The notes below the pieces were generated by a model, which searched no databases, was not told where the DNA came from, and was given only the letters and a program-made list of their open reading frames with translations. 62,000 nt of DNA from Octopus vulgaris (Eukaryota), in the NCBI GenBank assembly GCA_951406725.2, contig OX597826.1, forward strand, positions 60,222,001-60,284,000, read 5' to 3'. A program made the translations under genes and the position numbers. Position 1 is the stretch's first letter. Every line of letters begins with the position of its first letter. Positions 26,799-40,536 of the stretch are shown one piece after another.

Positions 26799-27716
26799 TA
26801 CGGCCAGCGAAAGAAAATGCTAAACACATACAAGTTTATTCACAGGCGATTTGGATCATTTCATAAGATTTCATGCTACATTTCCCTGTCTAAACTAAAA
26901 CTTTATTGCATGGCGAGTTTCTAAATTTTCTTTTCATTCGCAAACTAGGCAGCTGTGAAAGTTCCTCTTATGGCCATCTTCTTCAATCTGGAATTAAAAA
27001 AGTTAGCTGGTCAACTTATCTGATGTATTATAATGATATATTAGACTGACAATATGCTAGGTCAGTTATAAGTGTCTTTCCTAAAAAGTCTAACAATTTC
27101 TAGAATGCATTTCGCATATGTGTTGAAATCGTACCCTTATTTCTTTGATTTTAATAGCCTTCGCGTATTTTATGGTGAAACACTTTCTGTAGTCATAGGT
27201 GATGTTTCGAATATTACGCTTTCTCATTTATCAGCTATGTAGAAATTGTCATTAAGTACCCACGCAGTCAATAAGTTAATAACCAATTGTACAGATGAAT
27301 ATTTGAGCGTGGCTGCGTATAGGTCCAGACTTGGCTGCGTGGTAAGCTTCCTTCCCAACCACTTATCTATGTATATATATATATATATAAGTTCACCGGT
27401 AAATTTATGTATAAATATAACTTTACAGGTGAGTGTTTAAAATAATAAGGCACTAAAAAAGAATGACTCTCCCCAGACACAACAATATATATATAGACAC
27501 ATATAGACAAATATATACATGCATACATATGTATAATTTTTTTATGTTATTCAAAATTTTGCATACTTCATAGCTTATATTTACTTTTGATATAAAAGCG
27601 AGGTACGCGTCAATTAGTTACCAAATTACGGGAACGCGCGGTAATTGAATTTAAATGTACAAGTAAATTTTCTCTGATTATTATTACTTTATACACAGAC
27701 CAACTTAGTATCACGC

Positions 27717-27785
<69 letters not shown>

Positions 27786-27798
27786 GATATATGCATGA

Positions 27799-27829
<31 letters not shown>

Positions 27830-29499
27830 CATGCATGTTTGTATGTATGCATGCATGTATGTATGTATGTATGTATAGTATGTATATCAGAATAGGTAAA
27901 TGATACAGACCGCTTTCTGTAAATATACCATATTCATTTCGCTATATCGAAATGCTTGAGCCATTGCACTAGAATGTCGATCGGTCGTGCGAATGCTACG
28001 ACATTGAAACTTTCGTGTTCATATTAATATTGTTTTCGTCGCTGCTCTGTATAGCTTATGCTCTAATTTTTACTGTATTTTTTACTGTTTAACATTTATC
28101 CTTCAACCTGTGCTATTAACAATCTGCCGCCAGTTGCCATTGGACCACGTGATAGATTGACTGGAGACAACTTCCGACATATTTACGTGATTTGGTAAAA
28201 ACAAAATGGTCGAAAGATGGAGAAGAAGTAATGACAAAGATGTTGGTAAGTGGGGAAAGGAAAATGTTGTTGTTAGCTGTGGTAGTGGCGTGAGGTTTCA
28301 ACGTATTTTTTTTATGTCTCCATGTGGTTATCGTGGTGATGGTGACATTTGTGACAGTGGCCGTTGTGCACGATACTCGTATTGATATTAGTGATGGTGA
28401 TGATTACGCTCATAGTATTAATGGTCGTGATTTTGGAGGTGCGAGTGGTGATGGAGACGGAGATGTTGCTTTTGATGGCGTGCTTGATGATTGCTGTTTT
28501 GATGATATTAGCTGCAACTATATTCATAGTTGAAAATGTTGATATCGCTGTTGATTGCGTTAGCAATGTCGGTAGAGACTGTTGTAGAGACGATAGTAGC
28601 GTTGGCGGTGATATATAGAGATGATAGCTAGTTTGGTGCTTCCATTGACTGATTGACACATTTATTAATGATCGCATGCACTGTCAGGCCTGCTGGGTGA
28701 ATTCTGTTTGGATGGATGGATGGATGGATGGATGGATGGATGGATGGAGAGAGGGCGGAAGAAGGCATAGACGAATACAGAAATAAGGGGAGGTTATATA
28801 GATGAATGAACGATTGACGGATGCTCTGAGATTTTGTTGAAATGAACATTTTAGATATAAAGACAGTTTACAGATTGGTCAAGGATGCGAGGAAATGAAG
28901 AGAATACATCAGGCGACAACAAGTCTGGAATCCCTGCACGCAGACTCCGTGGAGCTCATGGCATTTGTTGTGATGGACTGGCGTTATTAGCGATGATGTT
29001 TACTGGGCCGCGGTTTGCATCGGATTGATAGTAGCGAAGTTGATGGCCGTCATTTTAGTGTCGGTGGTAATTATGGTAGTAACTGATGAACGTGATTGAC
29101 CTAAATGGATTTTGCATGTATTGTCTATATTCATAGTGAATAGATTATCAGTAGGTATAGTTAGGGAGCGACTAAGACTTTGAGCTAGAAAAGGTGTTCG
29201 TTAATCGAATTAATGAGTTAAAATCCGCTGCGTATATATATATATATATATTGATCTCTCTCTTCTAAATATACAATATGTGTACATCATTTGAAAGACT
29301 CTCTGTGTGTGTATATATATATATATATATATGTGTCTGCCGATAAAGGCTTTTTTCCCAAAATACGCCAGCTAAACTTGTACTGTTATTAGTCGTAAGA
29401 CACCTGCTTTTTGTATTTCATTTTTGTTTTTTGTATTTCATTATTGTTTTTTGTATTTTATATTCGTGTGGCATCGTCCGTTTTTCTGTCCCTATTTCG

Positions 29500-29712
29500 T
29501 ATACATTCGATCCTTCTTCCTAGAAATCTAATGCTCGTAGCTTAGTTTTTCCTGGGGGCTGGCCGGATCGGAGCGATCTCAAGATTAATCAGCCGAAATT
29601 GCTACGATGATCCGGTTCTTGACTGAAGATTGAAGGCTTCGAATGTCCCGTCCGTGTTTTTTGTATCGTCTTCTAAGTGTTTTGCGTTCTTGTCCAAGTT
29701 TGTATTTTTCTA
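29500..29712. mobile_element. Dispersed repeat related to 2277-2470
   Basis: Shared blocks in reverse complement; carries CTGAAGA..CGAATGTC at 29623-29648. Confidence 0.5.
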
Positions 29713-29719
29713 CATATAA

Positions 29720-29776
<57 letters not shown>

Positions 29777-29800
29777 CACACATACATATATATATATACG

Positions 29801-29829
<29 letters not shown>

Positions 29830-29832
<3 letters not shown>

Positions 29833-29948
29833 CCTGCTCGCTTAGCCAGCGGGGTGGCGTCATTCGAAGGCTAAAACAATGCGAACGCATTGTGACCAGC
29901 GATGTGTAACAACATCTGATGGTCTGGTCAGTCACGTGATCACGTGAT
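29830..29948 (+). mobile_element. 5'-truncated SINE/LINE tail type 2
   Basis: Matches the reverse complement of 20457-20560 and ends GTCACGTGATCACGTGAT in (TA)n. Confidence 0.75.
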
Positions 29949-31320
29949 ATATATATATACATATATATATATACACATACATATACATATGTATATATAT
30001 ATATATATAATATAATTATATAAATATATGCATACATGTATATACATACCTACCTATTTATGTATATATACACGCATATAAGGGTACAGGACAAAAAAAA
30101 ACGTGCAACACAATAAGAAACGAAAACATAAAAACAAAATCATAGAGACGAAATTGTTTTTCAAATACCGAAAAAAACAGCGTACAAAACATACAACACA
30201 AGGAATATTCCCCTTCTTCAGTTGTCCCTGTTTCATCTACTCCGTGTTGCGAACGTAAGAACAAGACGCGACTTTTTGAAACAATCCTTCCTTCAAAGTA
30301 AATTAAATAAAAGTGGTAACAAGAACAATACAGTAAAAACAATAAAAATGCAGAAACAGTAAAAGAAAGAACAATGAGAACAAAACAGCAAAAACGAACG
30401 ATGAAGTTTGTTAAGCCAAGACGATGGAAAAATTATTGTGAAAACTTACGGAGACAGCTTATGAAAGAGACAGGATAAGCTGGTCAGGTCTTGGTGAAGA
30501 TAGCAGTTGGAAAGATGGCTTCCCTCTGATTACATCTCAGTGATGAGAGAGTCGAGGAGGAGGAGGAGGAGGAGGGGGAGGAGTACGAGAGAGGGAACGG
30601 TAAAGAGGAGAGGAGAAGAATAAGGAAGGGTGGGAGAGAAAATCAGACACGATGAAGAACAAGAGAAGGAGACAGATAGACAGAGAACAAATAGTAAAAC
30701 AGAAGATACATACATATATGTGTGTGTATGTAGTTGTGTGTAAACCCTGAAATAGATATAATTAAGCAGATAAAAATAGAAAAATATAGCAATCAACCAT
30801 TTATATCACTTCAAATCAATATACGAGAAAAATACCATTGTCAGGAAAGACAATGTGTAACAAAAAATTTTTAAATGTTACATGAGATAGATATTATTTT
30901 TGCTCATAATTTTCAAATGACTAAATATTTTACTCTGTCTGAACATTTCTTGTACAAATTTTTTTTTTTCATTTCTCATAATCACAACTGTATCATCTTG
31001 TGTTATTATTATATGGTGTTACATTTTTCATTATGATTATTCGTAAGTGCAGAAAATTAGTCTACGTAGCTGTATCAAATTGTTTGACAGCTTTTCGCTT
31101 TTAAATTAATAAACTGTTATAATATAGACAAGTAATTTAATAATTCATTCACATAATGTTTCTTTTGTCAGAATGTATAACAACAAATTCGTGATATCAA
31201 GTGAGTAGGTCATTCACTATATACACATAGTTTTTGTCTTACAACGTATAATACGTTGTTTGTTACCAAAGCCATGTGCTTATGCATATAAGCATATATC
31301 TATGTACGCGTAAATACATC

Positions 31321-31615
31321 TGAAGGCGCGTGAGTTGGTATGTAGGGGCATGCAGCTCACGATAGTGAGGTCTCGCGTTCGATTCCCGACTGCTTGATGT
31401 GTCATTGAGCAAGAGACTTTATTTCACGTTGCGCCAGTCTACTCAGCTGGCAAAAATATATGGTACTTCTAATTCAAACGACCAGCTATTTCACTTCCCG
31501 TGTCACGCTGAATCTCCCTGAGAACTATTTTAGTGGTACGCGCATCCGTGGAGTACTCAACTATTGCACGTTAATTTCATGAGCAGGTTGTTCTGTTGAT
31601 CGGATCAACTGCAAC
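31321..31615 (+). mobile_element. Diverged SINE: different head/central domain joined to tail type 1
   Basis: TGAAGGCGCG..GTTCGATTCCC..TTGAGCAAGAGACTTTATTTCACGTTG..CAGTCTACTCAGCTGG, then TGTCACGCTGAATCTCCC.GAGAACTA..CACGTTAATTTCA.GAGCAGG..GATCAAC as at 12008-12118. Confidence 0.7.
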
Positions 31616-32089
31616 GCAATCCGTTTCATCACGACAAAATGAAGCTTCTTACACCTCTTCTAATTTTCAAGAAGTTTTAGCATTTAGTCGTTAGATGTTT
31701 GAATGTATTTGGCCAGTCCTAATGCGGTAGATTTGTAAAAAATATATTAAGATTGAGTCAAGCCTCGATCTCCTTGGGCTCCGGGAAGAACAAAAACGAT
31801 TCACGTCTGGCTTTGAGCCGTGCATCATATAACGAGATAGCAGCTTACGCATTTTCTTCCTTTATTCCATTCATGTTCTAGTTCAACACATTGAAGCTAT
31901 AAGCAATTTATACCTAACACCTTTATGAATGAATTTATGGTTAACACTTTGTTATGTGCATTTAGCTCAGATTTCAGGACTGCTCCAACTCGACTATAAC
32001 ATTCCTTTTTAATCTACTTATGCTTGCATGCTGAATGCTAGAGCCTTCATTTATTCCTAGGTATGTGTAAGTTTGTTCCTGCCCAAATT

Positions 32090-32830
32090 CATTTATGAGT
32101 GAACATTCGATACTACTGAATTTGGGGTCTTCACTTTACCTTTTTGGAAAGTAACCTGGCACATTTATCAGAACAATATCCACGCAAATGTCATCACTGG
32201 ATGCTTTCACAGTACTTAATAGGCCTTGAAGCTCATCATTGCCTTTGCCATAGAATCTTAAGTCATCCATATAGAAAAGATGGCTTATTTTCTTGAGATA
32301 TTTTTTATCCATACCCTGGTCTGTTATGTTCACATGGAAGGGGTATTAGTGCTGCGCAAAAAATCAGAGGTGAAGGTGAAACGTTATAGAAAATGCCACA
32401 GTAGATGGAGTGATATAATTGTTCCAATTAAATCACTGCATTTTGGTGATATTATTGGACATTCGCATTCCACAATGACAAATTATGCTTCAGGAATTTT
32501 GAAATTGCAGAAGTTTGAAGATGCCCAGCAATTGCAAGATCCATAAATATAATATGCTTTCAAAGGCCTTTATTGCAATCAATCCATGCAGGACTGAGGT
32601 TCTTGAGTATCATGCGATTAATTAGGAATTGATCTTTGCATCCATATAACCCTTTTTGTTCAGTGAGGAAACATCCTTCTGTTCTTTAAATGCATATGCA
32701 TTCTCCACGGCCTAGTCATTAAAATTTTATAAGTGGTGAATAAACAGGATATGAACTGGTTTCATTATTCTTTGGGAGTAGATAACAAAGACCACATGTG
32801 AAGAAGTCACGTATTTTCTTAGGGAACATT
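32090..32830 (-). mobile_element. Decayed R4/Dong-like RLE LINE reverse-transcriptase fragment
   Basis: YLLPKN, GCKDQFLINRMIL, AWID.NKAF, GIF..SPLIFCAALIP and ISHLFYMDDL motifs across frameshifts. Confidence 0.8.
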
Positions 32831-33014
32831 ACATTAATTTTATCAGCGTCAGTATATCTCGAAATAAATTAGGTACTATTCTTTTCCATTACGTTTTATG
32901 ATGTCTTATAATATAGAATTGGCTGCCATGTCTTGTAGAACGAGTCGTTACCTCGAAACAAATACACTTTTATTCATATTGTTTGACCTTCGTGTGATTT
33001 TCTAAGATATCATT

Positions 33015-33450
33015 GTACAACCAGATCTTCTTGAGACCGAATACAATGCTGGCTTTTGAGACAACAAAGCAGCTTATCGCAATGAATTTAACTGTATCCT
33101 AGAGGAGAGATGCAACAGAAGAAGTGAACTAAGTATAGTGACTTGGAGAAAGATTGTAACATGTTGGGGGGAACCCGAGATGCTTACTAGTGGAAGTTGG
33201 CAGTAGGACTTACACTGAGTAAATTGGGCATTGAAAGAAGATGTAGAAACATGAAGAACAACGCAGAGTCGGCTGAGAAGCATCTAGGTGAATCATTATG
33301 GTTAGTAAAAAGATGTAATATGTGGTGTAAGTAGAATGTTGCTTGGAGCACAGGCCTAGTCATGATAAAGATATTTCGGTTCTCCTGGTTAAAAGTTTAT
33401 ACTGTAAGAAACGAAATCAGCGATGCCAGGATGCAGAACTGACAGCCTGT
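33015..33450 (+). mobile_element. Decayed HERO-like (R2 superfamily) LINE restriction-like endonuclease 3' end
   Basis: Frameshifted PD..ETTKQLIAMNLTVS*EER..KYSDLEKDC..RCLLVEVGSR..LSKLGI..AESAEK..LWLVKR parallels the ELTVPWEE..KY..L..VEVG.RG..AE.AS.WLW..R signature. Confidence 0.55.
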
Positions 33451-34250
33451 CCAAAATTTGCATCTGTAGGTACATGTGGAACTAGTATGTGTCATGAGAA
33501 TAAATTTACCTAGGCTTAGGTCTGCATCGTCATCTATGAATTCTTACGGATGTTGTTTATGCTTTTGTCATTTTTACTCCAAAATTTGATGTGAAAACTC
33601 GAGGAGATAGAATTTTAATAAAACAAGTGTGTTTATTAACATCTACTCAAGACACGACACGAAATGATAAAGTAAAATAAACCACAAAAATTGTAGACAT
33701 TCAGTTAATATCAAATTTAGATAGGCGAGTATGCTTCCTACCAAATACTGCATTGATGTTTTGTTGCTTTGGTTATTGGTGATGCTACTCTTGTTGTTTT
33801 TCAGCGCCTACAAGTTCTATAGAAAAGAAAAGAAGGTTTTAATATGCAATAATTATCAATATCTTTTGTAGACACAAAGAAGGAATAACTGGATATTTGA
33901 ATAAATAAACGTATTGAGATGTACTTACATTATTCCATAAGTAGATAGAATATTCTGTGATATTACAGAATAATTTGAAATGTTCGTCATATCATGTATT
34001 CATATTAATATTTCGATATTTTATTTTTGCGAATATTTTATTTAGTTTCTCGTTTTTAATGAAATGTCTTTGTTAGTTTCTTACACAAAATTTTCGTTTC
34101 ATACACTTAAATATTAATATTGTTGAAGACTTCTTCACAATTTTTCTTATGTATTTTTAAAATTCTGCAACAGATATTCTAGACTCTACTAGAAAGTATC
34201 TTGCTGTCTCTGTTTACATGGCGTAATATCTGAATTTTTACATATATGCA

Positions 34251-34600
<350 letters not shown>

Positions 34601-34931
34601 TATATAGACATATATATGCGCATGTATCTATGTATATATGCAAGCGCCTGTGAAGGAGCACCAACGCGGATATGCACGTCTATATACATAAGCAAACACG
34701 CACACACACACACTCATATATATGTGTGCTTATACATATGAATATGCATATACATTCCGTGTGAGGATGAGCAGTGTTGTTATAAAAAGAAATACATATG
34801 TAACGTATTACCGTGAGAGCGTTTATGTGTCTGTGAGCGTGTGTGTGTATTGTGTGTGTTTGTGTTTCAGCGTATTTCTGTGAATGTGCTTGGTTTCGTG
34901 TACTGTATGTGAAGGTGATTGTTTCATATTT

Positions 34932-34934
<3 letters not shown>

Positions 34935-35005
<71 letters not shown>

Positions 35006-35085
35006 GTTATTATTACTATTGATAACATCATCATCATCATCATCATCATCATCAGCGGCAGTAGCAGTAACAGCAGCAGCAGCAG
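34935..35085. repeat. (TAT)n(CAT)n(CAG)n triplets
   Basis: Direct inspection. Confidence 0.95.
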
Positions 35086-35329
35086 TATCATATGTCTGCA
35101 AATTCTTAGTGAGACACACACGCATAGACACACGTAGATTTAGCAGGGTGTGAATATACGCGTACACATTATTTTAACATACATATTACATATATCAGTT
35201 TTTGCTAGTATCTTATATTTTGGGTAAGAAAAACTTTTCCAAATTCTTATGTAAACATCCACATGGAATTGGTGAAAAAATTCTCTATCTCTCTTTTTAC
35301 ACATACATACACACACACATACAAGTATA

Positions 35330-35361
<32 letters not shown>

Positions 35362-36311
35362 CATATATGAATGTGTATATATATATATGAATGTATATAT
35401 GCATAGAGAGAGACAGAGACAGAGACAGATAGACAGAGAGAGAGATAAGCACATATATACATATAGATATTTATCTTTCAATCTACTCCTCATACCAAAA
35501 TCTTCTTTCCCTCATACTTCTTCTTATCCTTCTCTTCTCAATACTATTTTTTAAATTAGTTTTGGTTATTAATGTTGGTATTAATAAATGTGAAAGTTGG
35601 ATTGAATCATAGAGTGATTTACTACGATAATTTACATCATGTGTTCAAAATCCACTGTGGAGGCGACACTTTCGTGACAAAAGACGTGCTAGCTTGTATC
35701 TTGGACGACGATTCAACTGAGAGATATCTCGCTGCCATGGCTGTGTTGTTAATAATTTCGCTTTGCAACATGGTCTCTGCTTCAGTCACAGCCGGCGATA
35801 CATTTTGATATTGTCCTCTCCTGAATTCTCGGACCGACGAATGTCTCCACATTGAATATGGTACATGGAAAATATGCAAATGCTTGTCGTGAGTGTGTGT
35901 GTGTGTGTATGTGTAAGTGTGTCCTTGCGTGCATGTTGTTGGCATGTTTACTTACCCGTATATTAAAGGTTCAGTGAAGGTAGATAGAGAACAATTACTC
36001 TAGAAATATGCACAGGGGTCAATTTCTTTAACTACGCCCTTCGAAGTAGTATCGTGGATGGTCGTAGATTCAATAACTAACCAAAGATAAAACATTCTAA
36101 GTGTGTAATTTCCTAATTATATTTGAAACCATTATGCATATTAATATGAAGTTGGTATAATAATGTGGTATTATGTAATATTGATGCTTGTAAGATAGTG
36201 TGATAATACAGTGGCGCTGGTATATATTAGTATGTCTTAATGTGAGTTGAGTATTATGAGAATTTCAGTACTATTTTCGTTTCGCTTTGTCAGAAACTTT
36301 TAATGCAAATA

Positions 36312-36423
<112 letters not shown>

Positions 36424-36519
36424 TAAAGAGAAAAAGAGAGCGAGAGAAAGGGGAGACTGAATGAATGTAATCATATCCAGCGAAAGATCAGAGGTCTTTC
36501 CCGAGTCACAGACTCATGT

Positions 36520-36666
36520 CATCGATTCTGGACCGTGTATCATAATATCGCTCTGGGCAGAACACCTATCCGTCGCAGTATTTTACATTTTTGCCCGCTG
36601 AGTGAACTGGGACAAAGTGTTTTGCTCAAGAACACGATGTATCGCCTGATCCAGGAATCCAAATCC
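36520..36666 (-). mobile_element. Degenerate SINE fragment (central domain like 31321-31615)
   Basis: Reverse complement TTCTTGAGCAAAACACTTT..CCAGTTCACTCAGC.GGCAAAAAT. Confidence 0.5.
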
Positions 36667-37912
36667 TGATCATATGTATATGAATATTATATATGCATAT
36701 ATACAGTTATTGCGGCTTTTCTACCAGTGGAACCTGAAAATGTTAGAAAAAAATATCCTTCAGACAGAAAACGTCGATGGCTTACGCGTGGGACTCGAAC
36801 ACACACATTCTGTAAACATGATAATGTTCTACAATAGCGTCAAAGCAATCTGTCGTATTTCTTTATCCATTTAAGAAACTATGTTCTTATCTCCGAGAAT
36901 TGAAAGTTGTTAACGTCATAGAAATTTACAAGCTTCGAATGTACATGCAATTCGTAATTTCACTTAAACATATAACTAGAATTAGATAATGCTGTGCATT
37001 ATATTAGGAAAAAGGTTTCTAAAATAGAGAATTTCGAAGGATTGCTATCGTCCTATTTCAGAACGCCTGTCATGTCTATAGAAGAAATGGGTTCGTAAAC
37101 CACAGCTTACCTTCAATTTTTCTATCCAAATAATGAAAGGTAAGGTACATTCCGAAAATTAAATAGACTTTTATATTCACGGTTTGGATTTCAATTGCGA
37201 CAATATTGAACATTAGTAAATTTTGTACATTGTTTTCGTTGCTATATGCGTGTTAGATCGAGATTACTTATCGAAGACACACAGAAAGACACTAGCGCGC
37301 TTTCACCAGCAAGTAGGGACAGAAACTCGATAGATTAATCGTGTTTCTGTATAGATTATATAATAGTAATCTACCCTCAGCTCCCATGAACGGTAACAAA
37401 GCAACAATCGGACTGATCTGGTGAGAGATGTCTTCGAAGCTTCTTTGTATGTTTGGATTTATAGTGTATCACTGTGCCTGGGTAATACTTCTCTCGCAAC
37501 CCGTGGGCTTGCTGTAAGATCGTTTCTCTTTTATATCTTGAGAAACAGCAAATATTTATTTGTGATACCATAATCACCATATCTGTGTCCAACACTTTCC
37601 AGCCGAGGTTGGTCAGTATGGGGACTAGTTCTTCATTCAATAGAAAAGACAGGGGGTACTTCCTCGAGCATGGAATGGAAATTTCACATCAATCGTGCCG
37701 AAATTTCTCTCTCGAGCAACGTATGTTTGGTCTCCCTGATATGTTTTACATGGTGTCTGGTTAATTCGTCGACGGCAATTTGACGTCGTATAGTTTGTCT
37801 CCAGTCAATTCATCGTTGGTCAGTTCGTTCCCAGGACAATTCGTCGAGATCATAGATAAAATGGAAGAACGTATATCTGAATTAAAACACGATTTAAATA
37901 TTACATATTCTT

Positions 37913-38322
37913 TTACTTGTTTGAGTCATTGGACTGCAGCCATGCTGGAGCACCGACTTTAGTCGAGCAAATCGACCCCGGGACTTATTCTTTGTAAGCC
38001 CAGTACTTATTCTATCAGTCTCTTTTGCCGAACCGCCAAGTGACGGGGACGTTAACACACCAGTATCGGTTGTCAAGCAATGCTAGGGGGACAAACACAG
38101 ACACACAAACATATACACACACATAAATATATATATATATATATATACATACATATATACGACAGGCTTATTTCAGTTTCCGTCTACCAAATCCACTCAC
38201 AAGGTAGTGGTCGGCCCAAGGCTATAGCAGAAGACACTTGCCCAAGATGCCACGCAATGGGACTGAACCTGGAACCATGTGCTTGGTAAGCAAGCTACTT
38301 ACCAGACAGCCACTCCTGCGCA
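37913..38322 (-). mobile_element. SINE family A young copy
   Basis: High similarity to 10503-10950 over its full length. Confidence 0.9.
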
Positions 38323-40436
38323 TATTTAGTTTTACTTAAAATTTAAGATTTTGTGCAATTGCTTTTAGAAAAATGTTTTGGGTTGGATATACTACTGTAC
38401 ATTTAAGGACACTGTACTTCATTGTACATAGGAAATATTTTCGCCATTTTGAAAATCATGTAGTGATCGAAAGTCATCTCTTGTGTTAGACGCGCTAAAT
38501 TGAAGCCGAAAGCAGCCGGTTTGTTAGGCTTTGTTATTGACGTTACTAATGACATTAGTTCTAATACTGGTGATGGTGGTGGTGTCGGTGGTGGTGCTGG
38601 TGGTGTTGGTAGTGTCGGTGGTGCCTGGTGCTGGTGCTGGTGATGTCGATGGTGAAGTTTACTTCAATGCCCTCTTCTCTGTCCTATATGCCATGGTCCT
38701 TACTGTTGTTAATAGGAAAAGTGCTGCTGGGGGAAAGGGGTGTTGTTATCTTCTGTCTTACTTCACTGAGGTTGTTTTATTGTTTTTGTCGCTATTGTAG
38801 TAGGTAATATTTTCATTGCTGTCGATGATGTCGTTCCCGGTGCTGCTGCTGCTGCTACACGTTTCCATTAGAACTGGGATAGGAAAGAGTAATTGTGTCA
38901 CCGATACGAAGTGGGGCCGGTCGAAGATGCTCGTTCTCAAGCGAAACACCGCCGCTGCCACGCCATGAGGCCTATTGCGTTGCGTAGGCATCCGCCCCTT
39001 CTCTCCATATCTGTGATTTTCCTTCGCTGCGCTGCTGGCTTGCCTCCACTTGCAAATTTACTTACTGCGCTCGTTCCCTGTTACCGCGTAGCAGGGTGCT
39101 CCCTTTCATTTTCTCGCTCGTTCGTTTCTATATTTGCTTGTTTGCTTGCCTTCTTCGCGCGTCTGTTCGCTCGCTTCTGTCTCCGTCTCCGAGCTCACCA
39201 CGCACCCGGCGGGCCCCTGACGTCTCCTCCTCCTCCCGCCGCCAACGCCTTCGCAACATTTTGTTCGCTTCGTTTCTGTGCGGGGCCGCCTCGAAAGGGC
39301 GGATCATATCGTTCGCGAGAAGACACTCAATAGATCGCAGTGTGGTAGCTGCTCTACTAAGCACGTCACTGCGAACAGCAAGTCGAGTCGTATGGAAGGG
39401 AATTTTTTCGCTGGTACATTTCCGACTACCATTCATATTCCCTTTGCAAAGCTATATTATTTTAGCATGAATGTTTCTTTCTTTTTCCGTTCCACTTTGT
39501 CCCCCTTTAATAATTGAAAAAACAAAAAACATTCCGAAGGGAAGGAATATCAGAAAGACCAGTTGTGCTCCAGAAAATTGGTGGGTTTAATAATAAATTA
39601 CCTTAAGGCAACAAATGTCCTTTTTCAAATAAACACATTTAGCAACAACAACAACAACAAAAATATTACTAATAATTTCCTTTATTTTCAACAAGGACTC
39701 GAAGAGATACAATAGCACGTAAGAAGCAAACAATTAATGGTGAGCTCACACAAATGCGTAGATCACATAGATATTGTACATAAAGACGAGGAGAGGACAG
39801 ACATTTTCTACAATATATAAAAGTGAAAATTTATAAAAGATACTCAAATAAACAGACGGCATAATAAATAAAAATGCAATAAAAGAAACAATACTCGAAC
39901 CAGATGAGGTCGGGTATGCATATGTATTTGTGAGTATGAGTGTAGCAAATTTAAGAGTCCAGTTATAAAGGCAGATTACTAATTCATGAATAAATAACAT
40001 TTCTGATTCCTTGTGCTGATATTGCTAGAAATGTTCGTACGTCAAAGTATGCAACGAAGGGCCGCATACAAAGGATTGCTAACATATACTAGCTCTCAAA
40101 GATTTGCTCATATTTTTTCCTTCTTTATATACTGTTCAAAACGTTGTCTCTTTTCTACGCAGATTTGCTCTTTGTCAGCAAATTGCTATTATTGCATTGC
40201 GTAAAAGATTCTTCAGATGTTCGTTAAAATTGTGAAGGTCTGTAAATTTTATCTCTTGATGAAAGTCGTCGTCATCATCATCATCGTCATCGATATTGTC
40301 ATTATTGTTGGATTTTGCTGTGGCTTTTCGTCCTTTCGAAGGTGATCAAAGAATTACCAGTTAAGCACTGGAGTCGAGGTAATCGGCTAGCACGCTCTCC
40401 CAAAATTTTCAGACCTTGTGCCTGTAGTACAAATGA

Positions 40437-40518
<82 letters not shown>

Positions 40519-40536
40519 CATCATCATCATCATCAT

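Noticed and set aside
28860-29060. Peptide RRLRGAHGICCDG suggestive of an insulin-like A chain
   Set aside because: Cysteine spacing does not fit, and there is no signal peptide or B chain.
39208-39260. HDV-like ribozyme candidate (GGCGGG..CCCGCC as P1)
   Set aside because: No P1.1 GG, P3 or P2 pairing could be assigned.
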